The position numbers and the translations under genes are program-made. Source: an uncultured Actinomycetota bacterium (GTDB lineage: Bacteria; Actinomycetota; Geothermincolia; Geothermincolales; RBG-13-55-18). From it: a stretch of DNA of 64,000 nucleotides. Positions 9,096 to 18,702 of this stretch are shown one piece after another (the stretch's first letter is position 1; the number at the start of each line of letters is the position of its first letter). The DNA lies in assembly GCA_964529285.1 (NCBI GenBank), contig CAZGWK010000014.1, positions 3,279 to 67,278 on the forward strand. Reading direction: 5' to 3'. Below the pieces are notes generated by a model. That model was given only the letters and a program-made list of their open reading frames with translations, was not told the DNA's origin and did no database searches.

Positions 9096-9338
9096 AAGCT
9101 CTATATACCCACAGTTCGGCATGGAAAAACAAGACCCCGGATGCACGCGTTGTACGGAAATGAGGCGATGAATAGAGGTCAACGGGATTATCGTGCAGAA
9201 GATTTGCATATAATAATAAGTACAAAGCGGAGACAGATCAGCGCTGGAAATGCCGCCGTGCGGGCTGTCCCGCCAGAGGGCTTTTCCGCAAATCAGCCAT
9301 ATATGTATCAATCATGCAAGAGAAAGGAGGATGGTTGG

Positions 9339-9944
9339 GTGAATAGGGTTGCAGAGATAAAACAGCGCATGCAACATCTCGTGGAGCTGAGTGCCCGCAT
9401 GAAACAACAACTCGATAAGTTGAAGGGCGCGGAAGGTATAGAGATGCGCAAAAAGGCCAAGGAGGCCGGCACGCGCCTGGGGATCGGAGCGGGTATCTCC
9501 GCATTCGGGCTTACCATCATCGCGGTGGCGTCCGTGTACATAATCGCCGTCGTCATACTGCTGGTCAACATCGCTCTCGACCGCATGTGGTTATCCGCCC
9601 TGATAGTGGTAGCGGGTTTCCTGCTCATCGGGGCTGCGGTAGCGGTTATCGGCGTGACCATGGCGAGAAAGGCCGCAAAAGACATACCGAAGATAGGAAG
9701 CGAAGTCGTGCAGGAGCTCAAGGATGCCAGCGAGGAGATGAAAAAGACCGTCGAAGAGGTGCAGGCTATCGCCAAACAGGAGGCGGATCAACGCCAGGAA
9801 CAGATGAAGGAGATGATGGGGCAGGCCATGAAGGTGGCTCCGATCGTAATCGGGGCATATGTCGGATACCGGCTGGTAAAGAAGGTCGTCCGTAATCGCA
9901 GGACCAGGAGCAGGATAATACGGGAGGAATTTGAGGAGGAGTAA
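9339..9944 (+). CDS. Phage-holin-family / Holin-X (DUF1469-like) two-TM membrane protein
   Basis: GTG start 5 nt after AAAGGAGGATGG. Coiled N-terminus, two long TM helices (GIGAGISAFGLTIIAVASVYIIAVVILLV; LSALIVVAGFLLIGAAVAVIGV), then a charged C-terminus and a further short hydrophobic stretch. Confidence 0.55.
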   Translation: MNRVAEIKQRMQHLVELSARMKQQLDKLKGAEGIEMRKKAKEAGTRLGIGAGISAFGLTIIAVASVYIIAVVILLVNIALDRMWLSALIVVAGFLLIGAAVAVIGVTMARKAAKDIPKIGSEVVQELKDASEEMKKTVEEVQAIAKQEADQRQEQMKEMMGQAMKVAPIVIGAYVGYRLVKKVVRNRRTRSRIIREEFEEE

Positions 9945-9964
9945 GCCCAAGGGGAACAGGAGCG

Positions 9965-9991
9965 GAAGGGGCCGGCGGGACCGGCCCCTTC
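9965..9991. terminator. Hairpin between convergent genes (probable bidirectional terminator)
   Basis: Perfect 11-bp stem GAAGGGGCCGG / CCGGCCCCTTC with a 5-nt loop, followed by GACTTTATA. Confidence 0.55.
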
Positions 9992-10089
9992 GACTTTATA
10001 CGGGAAGCCCGCAGCCCCCGTGATCGCCTTCACCGCGTCACGCTACACGCGCAGGGGCATGCTGCCAGGCGGGGGTTTGTGCAGAGATA

Positions 10090-10902
10090 TCAGGCCTCCA
10101 GGAAGGCGAGCACTTCTCCTGCGAGCTTGTCGGGGTACATGGCTTGAAACCCGTGTCCGGCGCCTTCGATTTCCACCAGCCGGCTGTCTGGTATGGCTTC
10201 CGCCAGGATGCGCGAATTCTCGGGCGGTATGAGTACGTCCTTGCTCCCGGTGACGATAAGCGTGGGGTGGCGCAGGCTCGCCAGGCGGGAATGACAGGAC
10301 CACGTGGACACGCCGGTTATCTGCCACACGAAACACCTGGGTTCGATGGGAGCAATGAGGTAGGTCTCGAGTACCTCTTCCATCAATTCCGGGTTCTCCT
10401 CGATATAGCGCTGCGGGAAGAGCAGGGGCAGCGAGAGGCGGGCCATGTCCTCTGCGCTTAGGCCTTCCCTGGGCGTATGCAGAAGGTTGTATACCTCCGG
10501 GGCGGCCAGCACCTGTTCGCGGCCGCCGCAGTTGGTGCATAACAATATCAGGCGCCGCACGCGGTCCGGATGATCCAGTGCCAGTTCCTGTGCGATCATC
10601 CCGCCCATGGAGGCTCCCATGACGTGGGCCGATTCCCATCCCAGGTGATCCATGAGCCCCACAGCGTCGGCGGCCATGAGGGGGATGGGATAGGGACCTT
10701 CGGGCTTGCCCGACCTTCCGGCGCCGCGGTTATCGTAAGTCACTACGTGAAAGCGTTCGGCGAGCGGCTCGAGGAACCTTTCGCCCCACCAGTCTGCATT
10801 GGCGCTCAGGCCCATGATCAGAAGCAGGGGCTCGCCCTCGCCATATTCGCGGTAGTATATGTTGATACCGTTGATCTCTGCCTCGTTCTCCTTTGCTTTC
10901 AT
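10090..10902 (-). CDS. Alpha/beta-fold hydrolase
   Basis: Nucleophile elbow GASMGG, HGF near the C-terminus, and N-terminal INGINIYYREYGEGEPLLLIMG. Its start overlaps the stop of the upstream MFS gene (ATGA). Confidence 0.85.
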   Translation of the reverse strand: MKAKENEAEINGINIYYREYGEGEPLLLIMGLSANADWWGERFLEPLAERFHVVTYDNRGAGRSGKPEGPYPIPLMAADAVGLMDHLGWESAHVMGASMGGMIAQELALDHPDRVRRLILLCTNCGGREQVLAAPEVYNLLHTPREGLSAEDMARLSLPLLFPQRYIEENPELMEEVLETYLIAPIEPRCFVWQITGVSTWSCHSRLASLRHPTLIVTGSKDVLIPPENSRILAEAIPDSRLVEIEGAGHGFQAMYPDKLAGEVLAFLEA

Positions 10903-12092
10903 GTCAGGCCTGGACCTCCTTTCGCTTGACCCCCAGCGCCGCCAGCAGTGAGAAAGAGGAAAAAGAGCAGGCCCGTCAGGCCGATGGCGGCGCTTGCCAG
11001 GTACATGGTGGTGTAATTCCACAGGTCTGCCAGCGGGCCGAGCGCCAGGCTGCCCAAGCCGATCCCTACATCGAAGACGGCCATGAAGATGCCCAGCGCT
11101 GCGCCGCGGTCACTTTCCGGGGTATGGTCAAGGAGAAGGGCGGACAGGGTAGTGGGCAGATAGGCGAATCCCAGTGCGTAGATAAAAGTCCCAGCGAAAA
11201 GGAGGGCGATGCTGGAGGCGAAGGCGATGATCACCAGGCCGACCAGGGTCGCACATGCCGACGCCACTATCAGGGGACGCCGCGGCCAGCGGTCCGCTTT
11301 CCTTCCTACGCCAACGCGGAAAACGATGAGGGTCACCGCGAATATGGTGAAAAAGAGCTGCCCAAGCTCGATGCCCTTGGCCTCGGAGGAGAGGATGACG
11401 AAGGCCTGCAGCGTTCCCAGGGTCAGCGTGAAGCACATGGTGTTTACGAATATCGCCTTCTGCAGCGCGGTCAGCTTGATGCGCGTCCGCTTTCCCCTCT
11501 CTTTTTTTACTCCCCTGGTGCCCGTCTCCCTTAAGGCCAGGGATGCGAACATGGCCAGGACCGCCAGGCTCGCCGCGATTATATAAACGGGCGTGAACCC
11601 CCAGGCTTCCTCAACGGCCAGTGCAGCCCAGGGAGCGGCGGCAATGGAAACGTCCACCGACATGTAAAAGATCGCAATGGCCTGCAGGCGCCGCGAGGAG
11701 GGGGCGAGATCGCCGATGACGGCATAAGCGGCGGTATGGAATGCGGCCAGCCCCAGACCGTTTACAAAACGGACGAAGAAAAGAGGCAGCGCGGAGTCGA
11801 AGGCCGCATAGAGAAAAGTAGAGATGCCCAGCAGCATGGTCCCCAGGAATATCACGAGCTTGCGGCCACTCATATCCGCCGCTCGCCCGAAAAGGGGACG
11901 CAGGAGCGCCGCCACCGTGAGCATGGCCATCAAGGCGCCGATGAGCGCGTTCGAGTAGCCTTTCTCCTCGAGGAACAGGGGAAGTACGGGGACGATCATG
12001 TAGATGGAAAAAAATGCTAGCAGGTTGCTGGTGCACACGGCCATGAAATCACGCCTGAACAACCTTTCATCTGCGGCCGGCGTTCTTTCCAT
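10899..12092 (-). CDS. MFS transporter
   Basis: About 12 hydrophobic segments, with the MFS loop motif GRAADMSGRK between TM2 and TM3 and a second GRKADRWPRR. Confidence 0.85.
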   Translation of the reverse strand: MERTPAADERLFRRDFMAVCTSNLLAFFSIYMIVPVLPLFLEEKGYSNALIGALMAMLTVAALLRPLFGRAADMSGRKLVIFLGTMLLGISTFLYAAFDSALPLFFVRFVNGLGLAAFHTAAYAVIGDLAPSSRRLQAIAIFYMSVDVSIAAAPWAALAVEEAWGFTPVYIIAASLAVLAMFASLALRETGTRGVKKERGKRTRIKLTALQKAIFVNTMCFTLTLGTLQAFVILSSEAKGIELGQLFFTIFAVTLIVFRVGVGRKADRWPRRPLIVASACATLVGLVIIAFASSIALLFAGTFIYALGFAYLPTTLSALLLDHTPESDRGAALGIFMAVFDVGIGLGSLALGPLADLWNYTTMYLASAAIGLTGLLFFLFLTAGGAGGQAKGGPGLT

Positions 12093-12185
12093 GATCTCTC
12101 CTGAGTAAGCGGTCTCTGTATTCGGGTTTTATCTATTCTCGGCCAGCGCAAGTCAGAGGTCAATCGTTATTCGACTTCTCCGGAC

Positions 12186-12857
12186 CTAGGAGAAGTTCTC
12201 GGTGATGTAGACCTCGCCCTCCACAGTAACGTAGACACCAATGCCTTCACGCGTAAAGGGTGCCAGTATGTTCTCACGGTGCCCCGGGCTCTGCATCCAT
12301 CCCTGTACCGTGGAGCTGGCGATCTCGTCGAGGTCGCTGTAGATATAGTCGAGCTTCTCTCCTGTCTCCTGGTCATAGGTATATGAGCGGACTACGTTGT
12401 TCAGAAACAGGTTCTCCCCTCCCACGTAGACGCGGTCCCCTATGCGGGTCTCCAGGTTGTAGCCCGCCTTTTCGTAGCGGTCGGCGAAATCGTCCCCTTC
12501 GGGGCTGATATGATCGAAATAATCCCTTTTGGCCATGTCCATGCTGTGAGCGTATGCGATATCCGCCAGCGCCTCGTCCCACTGCAGGGCAGCGAGGCCG
12601 TTCTTCGCGCGTTCCTCGTTGACGAGATCGTGTATGGCGGATGCGAGGACCTGTGAGTCATCTCTGACCTGCGCGATCTCTTCCTGCAGCTCTGCCTGCA
12701 GCTCGCTCTGCAGTGCGGCCTGCAGGTCAGCCTGGTCTTCTTCGGTGTTGTGATCGCCGGGGACCGTAGCTTCAAGGCACCCTCCTGCCAGGGCGAGAGC
12801 CGAGATAAGGAACAGGTACATCATCGCCAGCAGAAAGGCCTTACGGCCGGCATCCAT
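12186..12857 (-). CDS. CAP/SCP (YkwD-like) domain lipoprotein
   Basis: Lipobox LALAGGC after a signal peptide, and CAP-domain motifs NEERAKNGLAALQWDEAL and GWMQSPGHRENIL. GGAGGTGA RBS. Confidence 0.8.
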   Translation of the reverse strand: MDAGRKAFLLAMMYLFLISALALAGGCLEATVPGDHNTEEDQADLQAALQSELQAELQEEIAQVRDDSQVLASAIHDLVNEERAKNGLAALQWDEALADIAYAHSMDMAKRDYFDHISPEGDDFADRYEKAGYNLETRIGDRVYVGGENLFLNNVVRSYTYDQETGEKLDYIYSDLDEIASSTVQGWMQSPGHRENILAPFTREGIGVYVTVEGEVYITENFS

Positions 12858-13104
12858 TGTCGCTCACCTCCATGCACATTCTATCAGAGGGAAACCCGAA
12901 AAACGCGGCGAACTTCGCACTCGCCACAGCACGCGCGGTAGTGGGACCTGAAATGCACGGAATAGACCAAGCTGCATACAGCCGGAGGTATAATACTTGT
13001 GGCGCGGGCATGCAGGAGGAGGAGCGCGGTAGCCGTATCGTCAGGAAGGACGTGGTTCTTTTAGGGGGAACCGTGCGGCGCAGAAACGCAAGGAGGGGAC
13101 GGAG

Positions 13105-13836
13105 ATGAGGATCGCATTGGTGGGAGCGGGGGCCATGGGCACGATCATCGGTGCCTTGATCGCCAAAGGCGGAGAGGACATCGTGATGGTGGACGTGAAC
13201 GAGCCGCATGTAAAGGCCTTGAACGAAAAGGGGGCCACGATAACGGGACACATGGATATCACCGTCCCGGTGAATGCGGTCACCCCGGACGGCATGGAGG
13301 GCACCTACGACCTCGTCATCTATCTCGTGAAGACCACGTACGACGACAAGGCTCTGCCTGAGATACTGCCGTTTATCGGCGACGGCAGTATGGTCATCAC
13401 GCTGCAGAACGGGGTTCCCGAGGAGAGGGTCGCCGCGGTCGTGGGCAGGGAAAGGACGCTGGGCGGCGCCATCGGATGGGGGGCTACCTTCATCGGCCCC
13501 GGTGTCTCCGAGCTCACCTACGACCCGGTCGAGATGACCTACGATATCGGCGAGCTGGACGGCTCGCTCAGCAAGCGCATCAAGGCGGTGAAGGGTGTCC
13601 TGGACCTGGCGGGGAGTGCCGAGATCTCCGACAACCTGGTGGGTACGCGCTGGGTCAAGCTCATGGTCAACGTGTCCATGAGCGGACTGAGTGCCGCCCT
13701 GGACTGCACGTATGGGGATATCCTGGATAACGACAAGGTGACCGAGATAATAAGGGGCATAGAGGACCGCAGGTACCCGCTGAGTTTCGATAACCTGGAT
13801 ATGATCGAGGTTCGGCCGCTCGAGGAGATAATCTGA
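13105..13836 (+). CDS. Ketopantoate-reductase (ApbA/PanE) family oxidoreductase, apparently C-terminally short
   Basis: N-terminal MRIALVGAGAMGTIIGALIAKGG Rossmann motif and WVKLMVNVSMSGLSAAL at the start of the C-domain. It is only 243 aa, against about 300 in typical family members. Confidence 0.65.
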   Translation: MRIALVGAGAMGTIIGALIAKGGEDIVMVDVNEPHVKALNEKGATITGHMDITVPVNAVTPDGMEGTYDLVIYLVKTTYDDKALPEILPFIGDGSMVITLQNGVPEERVAAVVGRERTLGGAIGWGATFIGPGVSELTYDPVEMTYDIGELDGSLSKRIKAVKGVLDLAGSAEISDNLVGTRWVKLMVNVSMSGLSAALDCTYGDILDNDKVTEIIRGIEDRRYPLSFDNLDMIEVRPLEEII

Positions 13837-13974
13837 ACCCGGGGCGGACGGCCTGCGCGGGGTCCCCGGCTTAGGGATTTCGGGGGACGGGGGCGGCGAG
13901 TCGACGTTTGCGTGGTTCAGATATAGATATGCAACACGGTACGGAAGGGACGCGAGGGGGAGGAAGGTAGTTTA

Positions 13975-14463
13975 ATGAACGAGGAAATGACCCTTGAGGA
14001 GATAAGGAAACGCATCTTCGGGCTGCTTAACGAATCGCCGTTCTACCGCCATATCGGCATGGTCGTGGTGGAGGCGGGCGAAGGCCGTGCCACGTTGGAG
14101 CTGCCGGTGAAAGAGGAGCTCAAGAACCTCTACGGGATACTGCACGGCGGAGTGATAGCGGCGCTTCTCGATTCCTCCTGTTCCATAGCAGTCGGCACGC
14201 TGCTTGGGTTTGACGAGGCTGCCGTCACCATAGACCAGCGCATCAATTACATCTCCAACGTCAAGGGCGGGATGCTCTACGGTGAGGGCAAGGCATTGCA
14301 CAAGGGGAGGTACACCGGGGTCAGCCAGGCGGAGGTAAGGGACGAAGACGGTAACCTGGTGGCCGCCGGGATGACCACCCAGTTCATAATCAAAAGGGGA
14401 GAGAGCCAGGTCAGGGACTCAAAGGACCCCGTCGATGACCGGCTGAAGAAGCCCGAAGCCTGA
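13975..14463 (+). CDS. PaaI-type hotdog-fold thioesterase
   Basis: Motif NLYGILHGGVIAALLDSSCS, and the size fits the PaaI/YbgC-like 4HBT family. Confidence 0.85.
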   Translation: MNEEMTLEEIRKRIFGLLNESPFYRHIGMVVVEAGEGRATLELPVKEELKNLYGILHGGVIAALLDSSCSIAVGTLLGFDEAAVTIDQRINYISNVKGGMLYGEGKALHKGRYTGVSQAEVRDEDGNLVAAGMTTQFIIKRGESQVRDSKDPVDDRLKKPEA

Positions 14464-14620
14464 ATACTCGAGAGAAGGGGATCTCCCTGGCGGAAACACC
14501 CTGCGAGCGTACGCAGCGGGTGGCAGGACTGCATGCGCATCGAGATGTATGAGAATAATGGCTCTGCGGTTATCATAATGGATAACCAGAAGGCATGCGC
14601 TGTGTAAGGGGGTAACTGAT

Positions 14621-15460
14621 ATGCGGGATTTCAACGGCAAGGTGGTGGTGATAACCGGAGCCGCAAGCGGCATCGGCAGGGAGATGGCGCTGGCCTTTGC
14701 GCGGCGGGGGGCGAGGATGGCCTTGGCCGATATCGATGCCGGGGGCCTGGAGAGGGTGCGGGGCGAGCTGGGTGGCCGGGGCACCGGCGTTTATACGCAG
14801 GTGGTCGACGTCTCTGTCGCCGCCGAGGTGGAAGCATTCTGCGACAGCATCTACCGGGAAATGGGAAGGGTGGACGTCCTCTGCAACAACGCTGGCGTGG
14901 CCGTGGGCGGCTGGATGGAGGACGTCTCCATGGACGATTGGAGCTGGCAGCTCGGCCCCAACCTCTGGGGGGTCATACACGGATGCCACTATTTCTACCC
15001 GCGCATGATCGCGCAGGGTGGAGGTGGTCATATCGTCAATACGGCGTCCGGAGCCGGCCTCATCCCTCTTCCCATCACCGTCGCCTACAATACCACCAAG
15101 TTCGCGGTGGTAGGTTTCTCCGAGACCCTGCGCGCCGAGGCGGCCATGTACGGCATCGGGGTCTCCGCAGTGTGCCCGGGCTTCGTCATCACCCGGGTGG
15201 TGGATAATGCGAGGATAGTCTCCGGGACGGAGCGTTCGTCGCCCGCGGAACTGAAGCAGCGGTTCGCGCGCTTCTTCGAGCGGCGCAACTATACTCCCGA
15301 CAAGGTGGCGGCGGCGGTGATCAAAGGGATCGAGCGCAACAGGAGCGTGATCGTAATAGGCCCGGAGACTAGGTTGGGTGATATTTCCATGCGCTTGAGC
15401 CGCGGTCTGGTGATCTTCGTCATGCAGCAAGCCGCCCGCTTCATCAAGAAGTATGTATGA
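14621..15460 (+). CDS. Classical SDR oxidoreductase, tandem paralog 1
   Basis: TGAASGIGRE cofactor motif, NNAG, and catalytic S...YNTTK. Confidence 0.9.
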   Translation: MRDFNGKVVVITGAASGIGREMALAFARRGARMALADIDAGGLERVRGELGGRGTGVYTQVVDVSVAAEVEAFCDSIYREMGRVDVLCNNAGVAVGGWMEDVSMDDWSWQLGPNLWGVIHGCHYFYPRMIAQGGGGHIVNTASGAGLIPLPITVAYNTTKFAVVGFSETLRAEAAMYGIGVSAVCPGFVITRVVDNARIVSGTERSSPAELKQRFARFFERRNYTPDKVAAAVIKGIERNRSVIVIGPETRLGDISMRLSRGLVIFVMQQAARFIKKYV

Positions 15461-15615
15461 GAACGAGAGTCTCGCGGAGACAAAGACCATGGAAGCCGTG
15501 GAGCGGGAACGGGCTCCCTCGACCTGAGGGGCGGCGGGCAAGTCGCCCGCGCGAGCGCGGCTCCTGCGAAACGTGATAACTATGCCGCCAGGCGCGGTGT
15601 AAGAAGGAGACGAAA

Positions 15616-16461
15616 ATGCCGGGGATGAAGGACTTCGCGGGAAAGGTCGTGGTGGTAACGGGTGCCGCGAACGGCATCGGTCGGGAGATGTCCCTGGCCT
15701 TTGCGAGACGGGGGGCGAGGCTGGCACTTGCCGATATCGATGGCGAGGGCCTGCGCAAGGTGCGGGCGGAGCTGGATGCGCTTGGAACCGACGCCTACAT
15801 CCAGGTGGTCGACGTCTCGGTCGCCGCCGAGGTGGAAACATTCCGCGACAGCATCTACCGGGAAATGGGAAAGGTCGACGTCCTCTGCAACAACGCGGGA
15901 GTGGCGTTGGGAGGAGATTTCGAACTCATGACGTTAGGGGATATGCACTGGCAGGTAGGAGCGAACCTCATGGGGGTCATCCACGGCTGCCATTATTTCT
16001 ATCCCCGTATGCTGGCGCAGGGGAGCGGTCATATCGTAAACACGGCTTCCGCTGCGGGGCTGATACCTTTCTCGGGCCTGGCCCTGTACAGCGGCACGAA
16101 GCATGGTGTAGTCGGCCTGTCCGAGACCCTGCGCGCCGAGGCAGCCCTTCACGGTATAGGGATTACGGTCATCTGCCCGGGTGTCATCGCCACCGACATC
16201 GTTAAGAGGAGCAGGATCGTAGCGGGGTCCGGGAGGTCGACTTCTCACGAGCTGGCTGAGAAGATGGATCGCATCCTGCAATCGCGGGGCTTTACGCCGG
16301 ACCGGGTGGCGCGCGCGGCGGTGCGCGCGGTCGCACGGGACACCGGGGTGGCGCGGATAACACCGGAGACTTATGCCCTGGACTGGCTGCACCGCTTCAG
16401 CCGCGCCGTCTTCGGGCTGATGATGAAAACCGGCTCCCGCGCTGCCAGGTCGATATTGTAG
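15616..16461 (+). CDS. Classical SDR oxidoreductase, tandem paralog 2
   Basis: TGAANGIGRE, NNAG, S...YSGTK. AAGAAGGAG RBS. Confidence 0.9.
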   Translation: MPGMKDFAGKVVVVTGAANGIGREMSLAFARRGARLALADIDGEGLRKVRAELDALGTDAYIQVVDVSVAAEVETFRDSIYREMGKVDVLCNNAGVALGGDFELMTLGDMHWQVGANLMGVIHGCHYFYPRMLAQGSGHIVNTASAAGLIPFSGLALYSGTKHGVVGLSETLRAEAALHGIGITVICPGVIATDIVKRSRIVAGSGRSTSHELAEKMDRILQSRGFTPDRVARAAVRAVARDTGVARITPETYALDWLHRFSRAVFGLMMKTGSRAARSIL

Positions 16462-16517
16462 GCTTTTCGGCCGGGAAAGCACTCGGCGCGGAACGTCTCG
16501 ATAGGAAAGGGGTGCCC

Positions 16518-17354
16518 ATGGAATTGAAGGGAAAAGCAGTGGCCGTGACCGGCGCGGCCAGCGGCATCGGCAGGGAAACGGCCCTGGCTTTTGCCCGCCG
16601 CGGGGCGAGATTGGCAGTAGCGGATATCGACGGAGAGCGCCTGCGGGAAGTCAGGCGGGAGCTGGAGGAAACGGGCGCAGAGGCTTTTGCGGGAGTGGTG
16701 GATGTCTGCGACGCGGAACAGGTCGGGGGATGGTGCGATGAAGTATACCGCGAGCTGGGAAGGGTCGACGTCCTGTGTAACAATGCAGGCATCGGTATAG
16801 GCGGGCGCTTCGAGGACGTAAGCCTGCAGGACTGGGAGTGGATCGTCGGCGTCAACCTCTGGGGGGTCATACACGGCTGTCATTTCTTCTATCCGCGCAT
16901 GATCGCGCAGGGCGGCGGGGGGCATATCGTGAACACGGCGTCCGGAGCCGGCCTGGCGCCGCTTCCCCTCATGACCGCGTATTGTTGTACGAAATACGCC
17001 GTTGTCGGCCTGTCCGAGACATTGCGCGCCGAGGCGGCCCTGCACGGTATCGGCGTCAGCGCTACCTGCCCGGGTATCGTGGACACGCCCATCACCAGGG
17101 CGGTCAAGCTCTGCTCGGGGACCGACCGCTCCACCCCGCAGGAGCTGCAGGACAGGATCGTGCGCATTTACAGGCGGCGCGGCTATACCCCGGACCGCGT
17201 GGCGGCGGCGGTGGTGAAAGCAGTGGAGAAGAACAAGGGAGTGGTGCCGGTCTGCCCCGAGACCTATGCCGGCGACTGGCTGCACCGCTTGAGCCGCAGC
17301 CTCAACGACGCCGGGTTGAAGAGGTCCGTAAAGGTCTTTCTCAAGCGGCTGTAG
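16518..17354 (+). CDS. Classical SDR oxidoreductase, tandem paralog 3
   Basis: TGAASGIGRE, NNAG, S...YCCTK. ATG at 16518 is preferred over the GTG at 16512 because of GGAAAGGGG spacing. Confidence 0.9.
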   Translation: MELKGKAVAVTGAASGIGRETALAFARRGARLAVADIDGERLREVRRELEETGAEAFAGVVDVCDAEQVGGWCDEVYRELGRVDVLCNNAGIGIGGRFEDVSLQDWEWIVGVNLWGVIHGCHFFYPRMIAQGGGGHIVNTASGAGLAPLPLMTAYCCTKYAVVGLSETLRAEAALHGIGVSATCPGIVDTPITRAVKLCSGTDRSTPQELQDRIVRIYRRRGYTPDRVAAAVVKAVEKNKGVVPVCPETYAGDWLHRLSRSLNDAGLKRSVKVFLKRL

Positions 17355-17453
17355 GCATCCAGAAGGTATCGCATAAGGGCATGGGGGGGGCTTAAGGCAT
17401 CCGTTCCGGCCGGATAATCGTGGACAGGGTTAAACGGAAAGGCAGATGAAGGT

Positions 17454-18299
17454 ATGGATTATCGCGATAAGGTTGTCGTCGTGACGGGTGCGGGCTCGGG
17501 TATCGGGAGGGAGATCGCCCTTACCTTCGCGGGGCGCGGGACCAGGCTGGCGCTGGCGGACATCAGCGAAAAAGGATTGTGCGCAGTCCGCGATGAACTG
17601 GGGACCGGCGGAAATACGCTGTACACAGAGACAGTCGACGTCTCCAGGGCGGACGAGTGCGGCGAATTCTGCGACGCCGTATACCGGGAGATGGGCAGGG
17701 TAGATATACTGTGCAACAATGCCGGGGTAGCCGTGGGCGGAGATTTCCAGGACGTAAGCCTGCAGGACTGGGAGTGGATCGTCGGCGTCAACCTCTGGGG
17801 GGTCATACACGGCTGTCATTTCTTCTATCCGCGCATGATCGCGCAGGGCGGAGGGGGACATATCGTGAACATTGCGTCCGCGGCCGGGTTGTTCCCGGCC
17901 CCGTTTTCGATCCCTTACGTAAGCACGAAGCACGGCGTGGTGGGTCTTTCGCAGACCCTGCGCTCTGAGGCGGCGCTTCACGGCATCGGCGTCAGCGCCA
18001 TCTGCCCGGGTTTCGTTCTCTCCAATATCTACCGCAACGCCAGGCAGTGCACACCCCCGGCCAGCGGCACGCAGGATGAGAGCATTGCGGAAACGGAAAG
18101 GAAGATGGCGAAACGCAGGTTTACCGCCGCTTCGGTGGCCGAAGCGGTAGTGGAAGCGGTGGACGGGAACAAGGGCGTGATGCGGCTCTGCCCCGAGACC
18201 TATGCCTGCGATGTCCTGCACCGTGTGAGCAGAGGTGTTTTCGGCTCTCTCATGGCCCTCGTCGTTGCCGCGAGCAAGCGCGGCACGGGTAAAACCTAG
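17454..18299 (+). CDS. Classical SDR oxidoreductase, tandem paralog 4
   Basis: TGAGSGIGRE, NNAG, S...YVSTK. Confidence 0.9.
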   Translation: MDYRDKVVVVTGAGSGIGREIALTFAGRGTRLALADISEKGLCAVRDELGTGGNTLYTETVDVSRADECGEFCDAVYREMGRVDILCNNAGVAVGGDFQDVSLQDWEWIVGVNLWGVIHGCHFFYPRMIAQGGGGHIVNIASAAGLFPAPFSIPYVSTKHGVVGLSQTLRSEAALHGIGVSAICPGFVLSNIYRNARQCTPPASGTQDESIAETERKMAKRRFTAASVAEAVVEAVDGNKGVMRLCPETYACDVLHRVSRGVFGSLMALVVAASKRGTGKT

Positions 18300-18330
18300 A
18301 TCGCTTATTGCTCGCCTCTCTGCGGGGGGG

Positions 18331-18650
18331 GAGCGCAGATGGTGCTTTATCGGCCCGGGTCCGGGGGTAACGGTCCTTGCTCCCCACTCGCAGGTTGCAT
18401 ATCCGAAGCGCGGTCCTTCTCTCGCGTATACTGCTCGCGACGGTCGCTTCGTACCGACCCCGCAGTCCCCGGGCAAGGGGGAGCGCAGATGGTGCTTTAT
18501 CGGCCCGGGTCCGGGGGTAACGGTCCTTGCTCCCCACTCGCAGGTTGCATATCCGAAGCGCGGTCCTTCTCTCGCGTATACTGCTCGCGACGGTCGCTTC
18601 GTACCGACCCCGCAGTCCCCGGGCAAGGGGGAGCGCAGACGGTGCTTTTG
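18331..18650. repeat. Perfect 150-bp tandem duplication plus a partial third unit
   Basis: 18331-18480 and 18481-18630 are identical at all 150 positions. A third unit starts at 18631 (GAGCGCAGACGGTGCTTTT) and then breaks off. Confidence 0.9.
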
Positions 18651-18654
18651 GGGG

Positions 18655-18688
18655 GATTAAAAAGGGGAGGGGTCGGACCCCTCCCCTT
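18655..18688 (-). terminator. Rho-independent-type terminator of divIVA
   Basis: 11-bp stem AAGGGGAGGGG / CCCCTCCCCTT with a 5-nt loop, 15 nt past the divIVA stop. TTTAAT follows on the minus strand. Confidence 0.6.
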
Positions 18689-18702
18689 GTTGCTGCGCTT
18701 AC

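Noticed and set aside
9339-9944. The holin-family gene as a marker of a prophage or lysis cassette.
   Set aside because: There is no endolysin, terminase, capsid, tail, integrase or att-like repeat nearby. The flanking genes are ordinary metabolic and transport genes. Holin-X-like proteins also occur as stand-alone membrane proteins.
18331-18650. The repeat array was considered as a possible CRISPR locus.
   Set aside because: There are only two full units of 150 bp and they are identical end to end, so there are no unique spacers. The unit is far longer than a CRISPR repeat. No cas genes are in the window.
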